Source: Nocardioidaceae bacterium
GTDB lineage: Bacteria; Actinomycetota; Actinomycetes; Propionibacteriales; Nocardioidaceae
Reading direction: 5' to 3'
Assembly: GCA_033850885.1 (NCBI GenBank)
Contig: JAWWPG010000010.1
Location: 58,093-122,092 of the forward strand
Length of the DNA: 64,000 bases
Every line of letters begins with the position of its first letter. The first letter of the stretch is position 1. A program made the translations under genes and the position numbers. The notes beneath the pieces are model-generated. The model made no database searches and was not told the DNA's origin. It saw nothing but the letters and a program-made list of their open reading frames with translations. Shown here in pieces: positions 1 to 8,926 of this stretch.

Positions 1-2
1 AG

Positions 3-1040
3 ACCCCTGAGGGCCGTTCGATCGTGGTCCACGCCAAGCAGCACTACGGCCTCCGGGAGCGGGGGGCCGGGGAGCTGTCCCGTCTCACATTTGTCCCGTT
101 CACCGCACAGACCCGGATGTCGGGCGTCGACCTCGACGGCGGAGCGCGCCAGGTTCGCAAGGGCGCCGCCGCCTCGGTGGTCGAGTGGGTGCGGGAGCGC
201 GGGGGCGACGTGCCGAACGACACCGGCGGGATCGTCGACGGGATCTCTGCTTCGGGGGGTACGCCGCTGCTGGTCGCCGAGGCGCAGGACGGCACGGCGC
301 GGGTCCTCGGCGTCGTCGCCCTGCGTGACATCGTCAAGCAGGGCATGCGGGAGAGGTTCGACGAGCTTCGAGCGATGGGCATCCGCACCGTGATGATCAC
401 CGGCGACAACCCCTTGACGGCGCGGTCGATCGCGGAGGAGGCGGGTGTCGATGACTTCCTCGCGGAGGCGACGCCGGAGGACAAGATGGCCCTCATCCGG
501 AGGGAACAGGAGGGCGGCAAGCTCGTCGCGATGACCGGTGACGGGACCAATGACGCCCCGGCGCTCGCGCAGGCCGATGTCGGAGTGGCGATGAACAGCG
601 GCACGTCGGCAGCGAAGGAGGCCGGGAACATGGTCGACCTCGACAGCAATCCGACCAAGCTCATCGAGATCGTCGAGATCGGCAAGCAGCTACTGATCAC
701 CCGCGGCGCCTTGACGACGTTCTCCATCGCCAACGATGTGGCCAAGTACTTCGCGATCATCCCCGCCATGTTCGCCATCGTCTACCCGGGTCTGGGCCAG
801 CTGAACATCATGCGACTTCACAGTCCCCAGTCGGCCATCCTCTCGGCCGTGATCTTCAATGCCCTGGTCATCTTTGCGCTGATCCCCCTTGCCTTGCGGG
901 GTGTTCGGTACCGGCCGAGCAGCGCTGCCCAGATGTTGCGGCGGAACCTGTACATCTACGGGCTGGGTGGCCTGATCATCCCGTTCATCGGCATCAAGGC
1001 GATCGACCTCGTCGTCCAGCTCATCCCCGGAGCCAGGTGA
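3..1040 (+). CDS. kdpB: Potassium-transporting P-type ATPase subunit B, C-terminal ~345 aa (5' end outside window)
   Basis: P-type ATPase hinge [21 protein letters not shown] plus KdpB C-terminal TM block ([27 protein letters not shown]). Frame is open to the window edge. Followed by kdpC/D/E. Confidence 0.95.
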   Translation, partial: TPEGRSIVVHAKQHYGLRERGAGELSRLTFVPFTAQTRMSGVDLDGGARQVRKGAAASVVEWVRERGGDVPNDTGGIVDGISASGGTPLLVAEAQDGTARVLGVVALRDIVKQGMRERFDELRAMGIRTVMITGDNPLTARSIAEEAGVDDFLAEATPEDKMALIRREQEGGKLVAMTGDGTNDAPALAQADVGVAMNSGTSAAKEAGNMVDLDSNPTKLIEIVEIGKQLLITRGALTTFSIANDVAKYFAIIPAMFAIVYPGLGQLNIMRLHSPQSAILSAVIFNALVIFALIPLALRGVRYRPSSAAQMLRRNLYIYGLGGLIIPFIGIKAIDLVVQLIPGAR

Positions 1041-1044
1041 CCCC

Positions 1045-1962
1045 ATGGTTGTCCCCCCTCGCACGCCCACCTGGATCAGGCAGCACCTGGTCTCCCTCCG
1101 GGCACTCGTCATCTTCACGGCCGTCCTCGGTATCGCCTACCCGCTGGTCATCCTGGCCGTCGCCCAGCTCCCGGGACTCAGGTCTGGCGCTGACGGCTCC
1201 CTCGTCACTGGGCCGAACGGCCAGGTCGTCGGGTCGAACATCATCGGGCAGGCGTTCACGACCGCCACCGGCGAGCCGCTCCCGCAGTACTTCCAGAGTC
1301 GCCCGTCGGCTGCTACGGCGAACGTCCCCACGGGTTATGACCCGACCGCCACCGGCGCCAGCAACCTGGGTCCGGAGGACGTGACGGACACGCTCGACAA
1401 CCCGGCGACCAAGCACGTCGACGAGAGCAGCCAGAGCCTGCTGACCCAGGTCTGCAGCCGGAGCCTGGCGATCGGCAAGCTCGACGGCGTCGACGGGAGC
1501 AGGCCGTTCTGCACGAGGTCCGGTGTGGGCGCGGTGCTCGCCGTCTTCCATCGTGGCCCCGGTTACCAGGGCCAGGTCGTGCGGGTGGTCAGCGTCGACG
1601 AGGAGTGCCCGACGAACCCCTTCCTGGCTTCTTACCACGGCGTCCGGGTCCAGTGTCACCGGTACGGCGACGACCTGGCCGCCGCCCAGCAGGTGCTGAT
1701 CCGGGGGAACGCGTCGGCCACGCCCGCGGTGCCGGCGGACGCCGTCACCGCCAGCGGCAGCGGGTTGGACCCGGACATCTCGCCGGCGTACGCCCGGATC
1801 CAGGTCGACCGAGTCGCCGCAGCTAGGCACCTCGCCCGGTCCGTCGTGCTGGCCCTGGTGAACGACCATGTCTCGGGCCGGACGCTCGGGTTCCTCGGCG
1901 AACCACACGTCAACGTCCTCGAGCTCAACCTCGCACTGGACCAGCTGGGGCGCAACGGGTAG
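1045..1962 (+). CDS. kdpC: Potassium-transporting ATPase subunit C, unusually long (305 aa)
   Basis: Starts 4 nt after the kdpB stop. N-terminal TM helix (LVIFTAVLGIAYPLVILAVAQ). KdpC motifs GQAF..YFQSRPSA, ASNLGP and ASGSGLDPDISP. Confidence 0.85.
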   Translation: MVVPPRTPTWIRQHLVSLRALVIFTAVLGIAYPLVILAVAQLPGLRSGADGSLVTGPNGQVVGSNIIGQAFTTATGEPLPQYFQSRPSAATANVPTGYDPTATGASNLGPEDVTDTLDNPATKHVDESSQSLLTQVCSRSLAIGKLDGVDGSRPFCTRSGVGAVLAVFHRGPGYQGQVVRVVSVDEECPTNPFLASYHGVRVQCHRYGDDLAAAQQVLIRGNASATPAVPADAVTASGSGLDPDISPAYARIQVDRVAAARHLARSVVLALVNDHVSGRTLGFLGEPHVNVLELNLALDQLGRNG

Positions 1963-2001
1963 CCGCCCGCGCGCATCGAGAATCGGCAGGCACGGAGGAA
2001 G

Positions 2002-4737
2002 ATGGCTGTCATGGCGACCGGCACGTTGAGGGTCTACCTCGGCACCGCGCCCGGGGTGGGCAAGACGTTCGCCATGCTCAACGAGGGACGGCGTCGCAAG
2101 GAGCGCGGGGCGGACGTCGTGGTGGCATACGTCGAGACCCACGACCGGCCCAGGACGGCCGCGTTGCTGGAGGGCCTGGAGGTGATCCCCCGGCTCCAGG
2201 TCGAGTACCGCGGCTCCAGCTTCGACGAGATGGATCTCGACGCGGTCCTGCGGCGGCGGCCGAGGGTGGCGCTGGTCGACGAGCTGGCGCACACGAACGT
2301 GCCTGGAGTGCGGAACGAGAAGCGCTGGCAGGACGTGCAGGAGCTGCTCGCCGCCGGAATCAAGGTCGTCACCACGGTCAACGTGCAGCACCTGGAGTCC
2401 CTCAACGACGTCGTCGAGAAGATCACTGGGGTGCCGCAACGTGAGCGAGTCCCGGACGAGGTCGTCCGCGACGCGGACCAGGTCGAGCTGATCGACATGA
2501 CGCCGCAGGCGCTGCGCCGCCGAATGGCGCACGGCAACATCTACGGGCCTGAGAAGATCGATGCGGCCCTCTCGAACTACTTCAGAGTCGGCAACCTGAC
2601 CGCGTTGCGGGAGCTTGCCCTGTTGTGGCTGGCCGACAAGATCGACGATCAGCTCGACTCCTATCGCGAGGCCCACTCGATCTCCGGCACCTGGGAGACC
2701 CGGGAGCGGGTTGTCGTCGCCCTGACGGGCGGCCCGGAGGGCAACACCTTGATCCGGCGCGCGGCGCGGATCGCTGCTGGCGCCGCAGGCGGGGACCTGC
2801 TGGCCGTTCACGTCACGAAGCCCGACGGGCTGACCGGCGCCGACCCGCGGACCCTCGCCAACCAGCGGTCACTCGTCGAGTCTCTCGGCGGCAGCTACCA
2901 CCAGGTGCTCGGCGACGACGTGCCGCAGGCCCTGCTGGACTTCGCTCGAGCGGAGAACGCGACCCAGCTCGTCGTCGGCGCCAGCCGGCGCGGCCGGCTC
3001 CAGGCGCTGCTCACCGGTCCGAGCGTCGGTGCGGCCATCATCCGGGAGTCCGGCGACATCGACGTCCACATGGTCAGTCACGAGCGGATCGGCATGGGCC
3101 GGATGCTGCCGTCGATCGGCGGCGGCCTCACCAGGCGTCGGCGGCTGACTGGTGCCGTCGTGGCCGTCGTCCTGCTGCTGGTGCTCACCGTCGGCCTCAG
3201 TCTCGACAGGTCAGCCCTCAACCTCACGAGCGATGTGCTGCTGTTCCTGCTGGCCGTCGTCGCGGTGGCGCTGATCGGAGGTTTCTGGCCGGCCACGGTG
3301 ACGGCCGTCGCCGGCAGCCTGCTGCTGAACTACTACTTCGTGCCGCCGCTGCACACGTTCGACATCGCCGAGCGGAACAACGACCTCGCGCTTCTCGCGT
3401 TCATTGCCGTGGGTGCCATGGTCAGCCGAGTCGTCGATCTTGCCGCTCGCCGAACCAGCGAAGCCGCACGAGCCGCAGCCGAGGCGGAGACACTGTTCAC
3501 GCTCGCCGGCAGCGTGTTGCGCGGCCAGTCGGCGCTTCCGGCGCTTCTCGAGCAGATCCAGACGACGTTCGGTATGACGTCGGTGACGCTCCTCGAGAGG
3601 GGGTCGGCGGAACCGTCGGCCGGGCTCACCGGCGAGCACCTCGACGACCCGGACCCGGCTGACCGGCACGTCTGGCACATCGTGGCCAGCGCGGGCACGG
3701 AACCGTGCCGACGGCCGGAGGAGGCGGACAACGACATCCCGGTCGGTGATGATCTCGCACTAGTGCTGCGTGGGCGGCCACTCCCCGCGGCGGACCGCCG
3801 GGTGCTCGGCGCCTTCGCGGCCCAGACCGCGGTCGCCCTGCAACAGCACCGGCTTGCCGAGGCGGCGGCGGAGGCGGCGCCGCTGGCCGCCGCCGACCGG
3901 ACCCGGACCGCGCTGCTGTCCGCGGTGAGCCACGACTTGCGCACCCCGCTCTCGTCGGCGAAGGCCGCGGTCACCAGCCTGCGCAGCGCCGACATCGAGT
4001 GGTCAGCCGACGAGCGCGGCGAGCTGCTGGCCACGGCCGACGAGTCGCTCGACCAGCTGATCCGGCTGGTGGAGAACCTGCTGGGTGTCAGCCGACTGCA
4101 GGCCGGCGTGGTCAGCGTGTTCGCGCGGCCGATCGGCCTGGACGAGATCGTGCCGCTCGCGCTCGACGACCTCGGCACCGCCGGGCACTCCGTGCAGATC
4201 CAGGTGCCGGACGACCTGCCGGCGGTGCTCGCCGACCCGGCCCTGCTGGAGCGGGTCATCGCCAACGTCGTCGCCAACGCGCTGCGGTACTCTCCGCCCG
4301 ACCTCCCACCCCTCATCACGGCAAGTACGCTGGCCGACTGGATCGAGCTGCGCGTCGTCGACCGTGGTCCGGGCATCCCGGAGACGGAACGAGAGCGCGT
4401 GTTCGCGCCGTTCCAGCGGCTCGGGGACCGTGACAACTCCACCGGGGTAGGGCTCGGCCTCGCGCTGTCCCGAGGGCTTGCGGAGTCGATGGGTGGTTCG
4501 CTCAACCCTGAGGAGACCCCCGGTGGCGGGCTGACCATGGTGGTGCGGCTGCCGCTCGCGCCCGCGCAACTTCCGCCTCCGTCAACAGCGGGGCAGAACG
4601 GGCCGGGAACCGCCAAGGCGGGCCAGGATCGGCATATCGGCACGGTCCGGCATCCGGGCGAGCTGCCGCCCGGCGTCGCCCATTGGATAGAGCGGTCCGC
4701 GGCAGACCGTCGCTCACCGGCGGACGGCTCCCCATGA
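2002..4737 (+). CDS. kdpD: Sensor histidine kinase KdpD
   Basis: N-terminal KdpD P-loop domain (YLGTAPGVGKTFAML), Usp-like region, DUF4118 TM block, H-box SAVSHDLRTPL and HATPase motifs (DRGPGIP, GLGLAL). Confidence 0.95.
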   Translation: MAVMATGTLRVYLGTAPGVGKTFAMLNEGRRRKERGADVVVAYVETHDRPRTAALLEGLEVIPRLQVEYRGSSFDEMDLDAVLRRRPRVALVDELAHTNVPGVRNEKRWQDVQELLAAGIKVVTTVNVQHLESLNDVVEKITGVPQRERVPDEVVRDADQVELIDMTPQALRRRMAHGNIYGPEKIDAALSNYFRVGNLTALRELALLWLADKIDDQLDSYREAHSISGTWETRERVVVALTGGPEGNTLIRRAARIAAGAAGGDLLAVHVTKPDGLTGADPRTLANQRSLVESLGGSYHQVLGDDVPQALLDFARAENATQLVVGASRRGRLQALLTGPSVGAAIIRESGDIDVHMVSHERIGMGRMLPSIGGGLTRRRRLTGAVVAVVLLLVLTVGLSLDRSALNLTSDVLLFLLAVVAVALIGGFWPATVTAVAGSLLLNYYFVPPLHTFDIAERNNDLALLAFIAVGAMVSRVVDLAARRTSEAARAAAEAETLFTLAGSVLRGQSALPALLEQIQTTFGMTSVTLLERGSAEPSAGLTGEHLDDPDPADRHVWHIVASAGTEPCRRPEEADNDIPVGDDLALVLRGRPLPAADRRVLGAFAAQTAVALQQHRLAEAAAEAAPLAAADRTRTALLSAVSHDLRTPLSSAKAAVTSLRSADIEWSADERGELLATADESLDQLIRLVENLLGVSRLQAGVVSVFARPIGLDEIVPLALDDLGTAGHSVQIQVPDDLPAVLADPALLERVIANVVANALRYSPPDLPPLITASTLADWIELRVVDRGPGIPETERERVFAPFQRLGDRDNSTGVGLGLALSRGLAESMGGSLNPEETPGGGLTMVVRLPLAPAQLPPPSTAGQNGPGTAKAGQDRHIGTVRHPGELPPGVAHWIERSAADRRSPADGSP

Positions 4738-5453
4738 GCCGCCTGTTGCTCGTCGACGACGAGCCGCAGCTCCTCCGCGCCCTGCGGATCACCCTCACCG
4801 CGCGCGGGCACCAGGTCCGCACGGCGGCCGACGGCCGGCATGCGCTCGCCGACGCTGCCGCGCACCCTCCGGACGTCATCATCTTGGACCTCGGCCTGCC
4901 TGACATCGACGGACTGGACGTGATCCACGGCCTGCGTGGCTGGAGCTCTGCGCCGATCATCGTGCTGTCGGGACGCGCCGGCAGCTCCGACAAGGTGGAA
5001 GCGCTGGACGCCGGGGCCGACGACTACGTGACCAAGCCGTTCGGCGTCGACGAGCTGCTGGCCAGGCTGAGGGCCGTCAGTCGCCGTACCACGGGCGATG
5101 AGGACGCCCCGACCGTGCGGATCGGCGACTACACGATCGACCTGGCTGCGAGACGGGCGACGCGTGTCTCCGCTACGGTCCCGGCCGAGAACGAGGACGC
5201 CGAGGCGTCCCAGGGTGACGATGTCCGGCTCACTCCGACCGAGTGGCACATCCTGGAGATCCTGGTCAGGCACCCCGGGAAGCTGGTCAGTCAGCGGCAG
5301 CTGTTGGCCGAGGTCTGGGGGCCCGCCTACACCAACGAGTTTCACTACCTGAGGCAGTACCTCGCTCGGCTGCGCCGCAAGCTCGAACCCGATCCTGCCC
5401 GTCCACGGCACCTGGTTACCGAGCCCGGGATGGGCTACCGCTACCAGCCGTGA
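4734..5453 (+). CDS. kdpE: OmpR-family response regulator KdpE
   Basis: Internal ATG at 4734 overlaps the kdpD stop (ATGA). Receiver domain (LLLVDDEPQ, ILDLGLPDIDG, KPF) and winged helix (LTPTEWHILEIL..GMGYRY). Confidence 0.93.
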   Translation: MSRLLLVDDEPQLLRALRITLTARGHQVRTAADGRHALADAAAHPPDVIILDLGLPDIDGLDVIHGLRGWSSAPIIVLSGRAGSSDKVEALDAGADDYVTKPFGVDELLARLRAVSRRTTGDEDAPTVRIGDYTIDLAARRATRVSATVPAENEDAEASQGDDVRLTPTEWHILEILVRHPGKLVSQRQLLAEVWGPAYTNEFHYLRQYLARLRRKLEPDPARPRHLVTEPGMGYRYQP

Positions 5454-5460
5454 GGTTGGC

Positions 5461-6222
5461 TCACTCCTGGCCGCTGATGCGCAGCGAGAACTCGGTGAGC
5501 GCCGCGCCGACCTGGTCGGCGAGTGAGGCGGCGACGACTCGCTGCTCGAGGGTCGGCCGGCACCGCGGTGGCGCAGACAGCAGGAACCGGCCGCGGTAGT
5601 TGCCCCCGGACTCGACGAGCAGCTCGATCTCCTGGTCGGTGGGCAAGCCCGATGCGTCGACGTCGATGCTGGTCGCACCCTTGGCCACCCGACCGTCATG
5701 GCGCAGTCGTGGGTACCCGAGCCCCATCCCGTAGTCGAAGCGGCAGCCGCGAAGGCCGAGAACCTTGACGAGCTGCCCGCACACCCTGTCGATGAGCACC
5801 GACGGCGGGACGTCGCCGATCGCAGCCGTCTCCGACGCGTCGTGCAGACCGGCGAGGTAACCGGCGCTCTGGCCAGCCAGCGCATGCTGGCGGCGCCCCC
5901 ACAGCGCGATCTCGGTGACGGCGACCCCGACCATCAGCAAGAGCACGCCGGTCTCGACGTCGCGGCTGCTGTTGATGACGAAGCTCTGGTACGGCGCGGT
6001 CAGGAAGAAGTCGAACCAGACGCCGGCCGACAGCGCCGCCACGACCCCGGAGACCCGGTTCCCGAACGTCGCGACGGCCACCACGACGAGGACCAGCACC
6101 AGGGCGGCGTTGGTGTTCTCGATCCGGTCCCGCAGCGGCACCAGCGCGAGGCACACCGCGGGGGGTGTCAAAACCGCCACCGCGAGCGGAAGGAGCGGCC
6201 TCGGGACGCGAATGAGAGCCAT
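5461..6222 (-). CDS. Stand-alone DUF4118 (KdpD-type membrane domain) protein with a soluble GAF-like C-terminal half
   Basis: Four-TM block aligns by eye with the KdpD TM region of this window (ALVLVLVVVAVATFG..GVWFDFFLTAPYQSF vs LLFLLAVVAVALIGG..LLLNYYFVPPLHTF). No kinase domain. Stop lies 7 nt from the kdpE stop (convergent). Confidence 0.7.
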   Translation of the reverse strand: MALIRVPRPLLPLAVAVLTPPAVCLALVPLRDRIENTNAALVLVLVVVAVATFGNRVSGVVAALSAGVWFDFFLTAPYQSFVINSSRDVETGVLLLMVGVAVTEIALWGRRQHALAGQSAGYLAGLHDASETAAIGDVPPSVLIDRVCGQLVKVLGLRGCRFDYGMGLGYPRLRHDGRVAKGATSIDVDASGLPTDQEIELLVESGGNYRGRFLLSAPPRCRPTLEQRVVAASLADQVGAALTEFSLRISGQE

Positions 6223-6382
6223 CTACCAAGCGCACCTTGCGGACCGGACAGAGTCAATGGATGGAGCGTCAACAACGCGCTAATACCGAGCGATGAGCGG
6301 CTGGTGGCCTCCCCGTCCGCCGGGTCGGCGCTTCGGGTGACCGCTGCCTCGCCGGACGGGCCTTGCACCATACGATGTCGCC

Positions 6383-7261
6383 ATGCCTGCCCATGTCCCA
6401 CTCAGTCGTCCCGCGGTGCTGCTGGGTGCCTCGCTGCTCTGCATCGCCTCGGTCGCCTGTGCACCGAAGAACAGTACGAACCCGAATGCCTCGGGGGGGT
6501 CCACGGCCTCCCCCTGCGCCCACCCGAAGACCGTGAAGCCGGGCGTGCTGACCATCGCGACGGACGATCCCGCCTTCTCCCCTTGGATGATCAACAACAA
6601 ACCCACGAACGGCAAGGGCTTCGAGTCGGCTGTCGCGTACGCGGTCGCACAGAAGATGGGTTTCCCCAAGGGAAAGGTGACCTGGACCCGGGAGCCGTTC
6701 AACGCCAGCTACCAGCCAGGCCCGAAGAACTTCGACTTCGACATCAACCAGATCTCGATCAGTGCGAAGAGGGCACAGGCGGTCACCTTCTCCGAGGGCT
6801 ACTACACGGTGGAGCAGGCGATCATCACGCTGAAGGACTCGCCGTACGCCGATTCCACGTCGCTCTCCGACTTCAAGAACGCCACGCTCGGTGCTCAGGT
6901 GGGGACGACGTCCCTCGACGCCATCCTCGACACGATCAAGACCAGCAAGCAGCCGCAGGTCTTCGACGACACGAACCTCGCGAAGACCGCCCTGCTGAAC
7001 CACCAGGTCGACGGCATCGTGACCGACCTCCCGACCGCCTTCGAAATCAGCGCCGTCCAGATCCCCGGCAGCACCATCGTGGGGAAGTTCCAGTCGACCA
7101 CCGGGACGCCCGAGCAGTTCGGGCTGCTCTTCCAGAAGGGCGACCCGCTCGTCCGGTGCGCGGACCAGGCGCTCACGGCGCTCAAGTCGAATGGGACGCT
7201 GGCCCGTATCCAGAATCGATGGCTCAGCCGAACCAGCAACAGTCCTACCCTTACTCCCTGA
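6383..7261 (+). CDS. Amino-acid ABC transporter substrate-binding lipoprotein
   Basis: Signal peptide with lipobox (LLCIASVACAP). Family-3 SBP features (LTIATDDPAFSPW, GFESAVAYAVAQKMG, DGIVTDLPTA). Followed by permease and ATPase genes. Confidence 0.85.
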   Translation: MPAHVPLSRPAVLLGASLLCIASVACAPKNSTNPNASGGSTASPCAHPKTVKPGVLTIATDDPAFSPWMINNKPTNGKGFESAVAYAVAQKMGFPKGKVTWTREPFNASYQPGPKNFDFDINQISISAKRAQAVTFSEGYYTVEQAIITLKDSPYADSTSLSDFKNATLGAQVGTTSLDAILDTIKTSKQPQVFDDTNLAKTALLNHQVDGIVTDLPTAFEISAVQIPGSTIVGKFQSTTGTPEQFGLLFQKGDPLVRCADQALTALKSNGTLARIQNRWLSRTSNSPTLTP

Positions 7262-7264
7262 CCG

Positions 7265-8110
7265 ATGGCGCCATGGCAGCCGAGCGACACCCAACGCCAG
7301 CGCATCGCCTTCCGACGGCGTCAGAGCCTGCGTCGGGGTGCCGTCGCAGCGGGCTCGACCGTGCTGGTGCTCGCGTTCCTGGTTGTGGTGACCGTCCGGG
7401 CGCCGGGCTGGGAGCGGGTGCGGTCCGAGTACTTCGACATCGGGTATGGGCGGACGCTGCTGCCTGACCTGGCGCGTGCTTTCGTCCTGAACGTCAAGCT
7501 CTTCCTGGTCGCGGAGGTGTTCATCCTGGTCGTGGCGCTGAGCGTGGCGATCATCCGGGTCATCCCGGCACCGGCTCTGGCGCCGATCAAGCTGCTCGCG
7601 GTCGTCTACACCGACGTCTTCCGCGGCACTCCCACGCTGCTCGTCATCCTGCTGATCTGCTTCGGGGTGCCCGCGCTGCAGCTGCAGGGGATGCCTACCG
7701 ACATCTTCTGGCTGGGCGTCATCGCGCTGACACTCTCGTACGGCGCTTACGTCGCCGAGGTCATCAGAGCTGGCATCTCCTCCGTGCACCCGAGCCAGTG
7801 GGCCTCTTCGAGGTCGCTCGGCCTCACGTACTCCCAGACGCTGCGACACGTCGTCCTGCCGCAGGCGATCCACCGGGTGATGCCGCCGTTGCTCAACGAC
7901 TTCGTGTCCCTCCAGAAGGACACCGCGCTGGTGTCCACAGCCGGGTTGGTGGAGATCCTGCGGGAGGCGCAGGTGAACTCGAGCCGTGACTTCAACTTCA
8001 CGCCGTACGTCTTCGCCGCCGTCTTCTTCATCGTGCTGACGGTGCCGTTGGCTCGACTGGCCGACTGGCTCGCGCTGCGGCAGCTTCGCCGCGAGCAGGG
8101 GGCGAGCTGA
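7265..8110 (+). CDS. Amino-acid ABC transporter permease (HisM/GlnP type)
   Basis: Multi-TM protein with the EAA-like loop (AYVAEVIRAGISSVHPSQWASSRSLGL). Starts 3 nt after the SBP gene. Confidence 0.9.
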   Translation: MAPWQPSDTQRQRIAFRRRQSLRRGAVAAGSTVLVLAFLVVVTVRAPGWERVRSEYFDIGYGRTLLPDLARAFVLNVKLFLVAEVFILVVALSVAIIRVIPAPALAPIKLLAVVYTDVFRGTPTLLVILLICFGVPALQLQGMPTDIFWLGVIALTLSYGAYVAEVIRAGISSVHPSQWASSRSLGLTYSQTLRHVVLPQAIHRVMPPLLNDFVSLQKDTALVSTAGLVEILREAQVNSSRDFNFTPYVFAAVFFIVLTVPLARLADWLALRQLRREQGAS

Positions 8111-8844
8111 TGGCACTGCTACGGCTCGACGGCGTGCGCAGGCACTTCGGCGCCCACCACGTGCTCACCGGCGTCGACCTGGAGGTCGACGAGCAGCAGG
8201 TCATGTGCCTCATCGGGGCCTCCGGCTCCGGCAAGTCAACGCTGCTTCGCTGCATCAACCTGCTGGAGCCGGTCGACGACGGCACGATCTGGCTCGACGG
8301 CCGCGACATCAGCGACCCTCGGGTGAACGCCGACGAGGTACGTCGGCAGGTGGGCATCGTGTTCCAGGCGTACAACCTGTTTCCCCACATGTCGGTGCTC
8401 AGGAACGTGACCCTTGGTCCTCGCCGGTCGATGAGCGTGAGCCGCGCAGCGGCGGAGGCAAAAGGGTTGGCGCTGCTGGAGCGCTTCGGCCTCGCCGACA
8501 AGGCGCATGCCTACCCGGACAGCCTGTCCGGTGGCCAGCAGCAACGCGTCGCGGTCATCCGGGCGATGGCGATGGCGCCGCGCCTGCTGCTTCTCGACGA
8601 GATCACCTCGGCGCTCGACCCGCTGCTGGTGGTCGAGGTGCTCGAGGTGATCGCCGAGCTCAAGCGCGACGGCATGACCGTGGTGATGGCCACCCACGAG
8701 ATGGACTTCGCGCGGCAGATCGCCGACCGGGTCGTCTTCCTCGACGGGGGCGCCGTGGCCGAGGCCGGCCCGCCGGAAGAGGTGTTCACCGCTCCGAGCG
8801 ACCCGCGCACTGCCCGGTTCCTCGCCCGCTACGTCAACCGGTGA
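8110..8844 (+). CDS. Amino-acid ABC transporter ATP-binding protein
   Basis: Walker A GASGSGKST, signature [14 protein letters not shown], Walker B LLLLDEITSALDP. Start overlaps the permease stop. Confidence 0.93.
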   Translation: MALLRLDGVRRHFGAHHVLTGVDLEVDEQQVMCLIGASGSGKSTLLRCINLLEPVDDGTIWLDGRDISDPRVNADEVRRQVGIVFQAYNLFPHMSVLRNVTLGPRRSMSVSRAAAEAKGLALLERFGLADKAHAYPDSLSGGQQQRVAVIRAMAMAPRLLLLDEITSALDPLLVVEVLEVIAELKRDGMTVVMATHEMDFARQIADRVVFLDGGAVAEAGPPEEVFTAPSDPRTARFLARYVNR

Positions 8845-8926
8845 GCGTCTGCGGCAGAGGCCAGATGGCCGGGACGGGTAGCGTTGACCGCGCCACGTTC
8901 GACCCAGGATCCGGAGGCGGACCGCC

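Noticed and set aside
1021-2811. 596-aa minus-strand ORF opposite kdpC and kdpD
   Set aside because: It is fully antisense to two genes with unambiguous Kdp motifs. Its product is Arg/Pro/Gly/Asp-rich with no domain signature. This is a typical high-GC shadow frame.
3333-5885. 850-aa minus-strand ORF spanning kdpD, kdpE and part of the DUF4118 gene region
   Set aside because: It is antisense to kdpD and kdpE, with a low-complexity Ser/Arg/Ala/Pro composition. It crosses several real gene boundaries.
5698-8116. Long ORFs 5698..7467 (+, 589 aa) and 6269..8116 (-, 615 aa)
   Set aside because: They overlap the DUF4118 gene and the amino-acid ABC transporter genes in other frames or on the other strand. 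Their composition is Arg/Gly/Asp/His-rich without motifs. The ABC transporter frames carry clear Walker, signature and lipobox features.
8845-8926. Possible ZTP/pfl or other purine-related riboswitch upstream of purL (also checked 14686-14704 upstream of purF)
   Set aside because: I could not find the conserved ZTP cores (GGGUCGUGAC.. / ..CCGCCUGGGC) or a convincing pseudoknot. The purF leader is only 19 nt. An Rfam scan would settle this.
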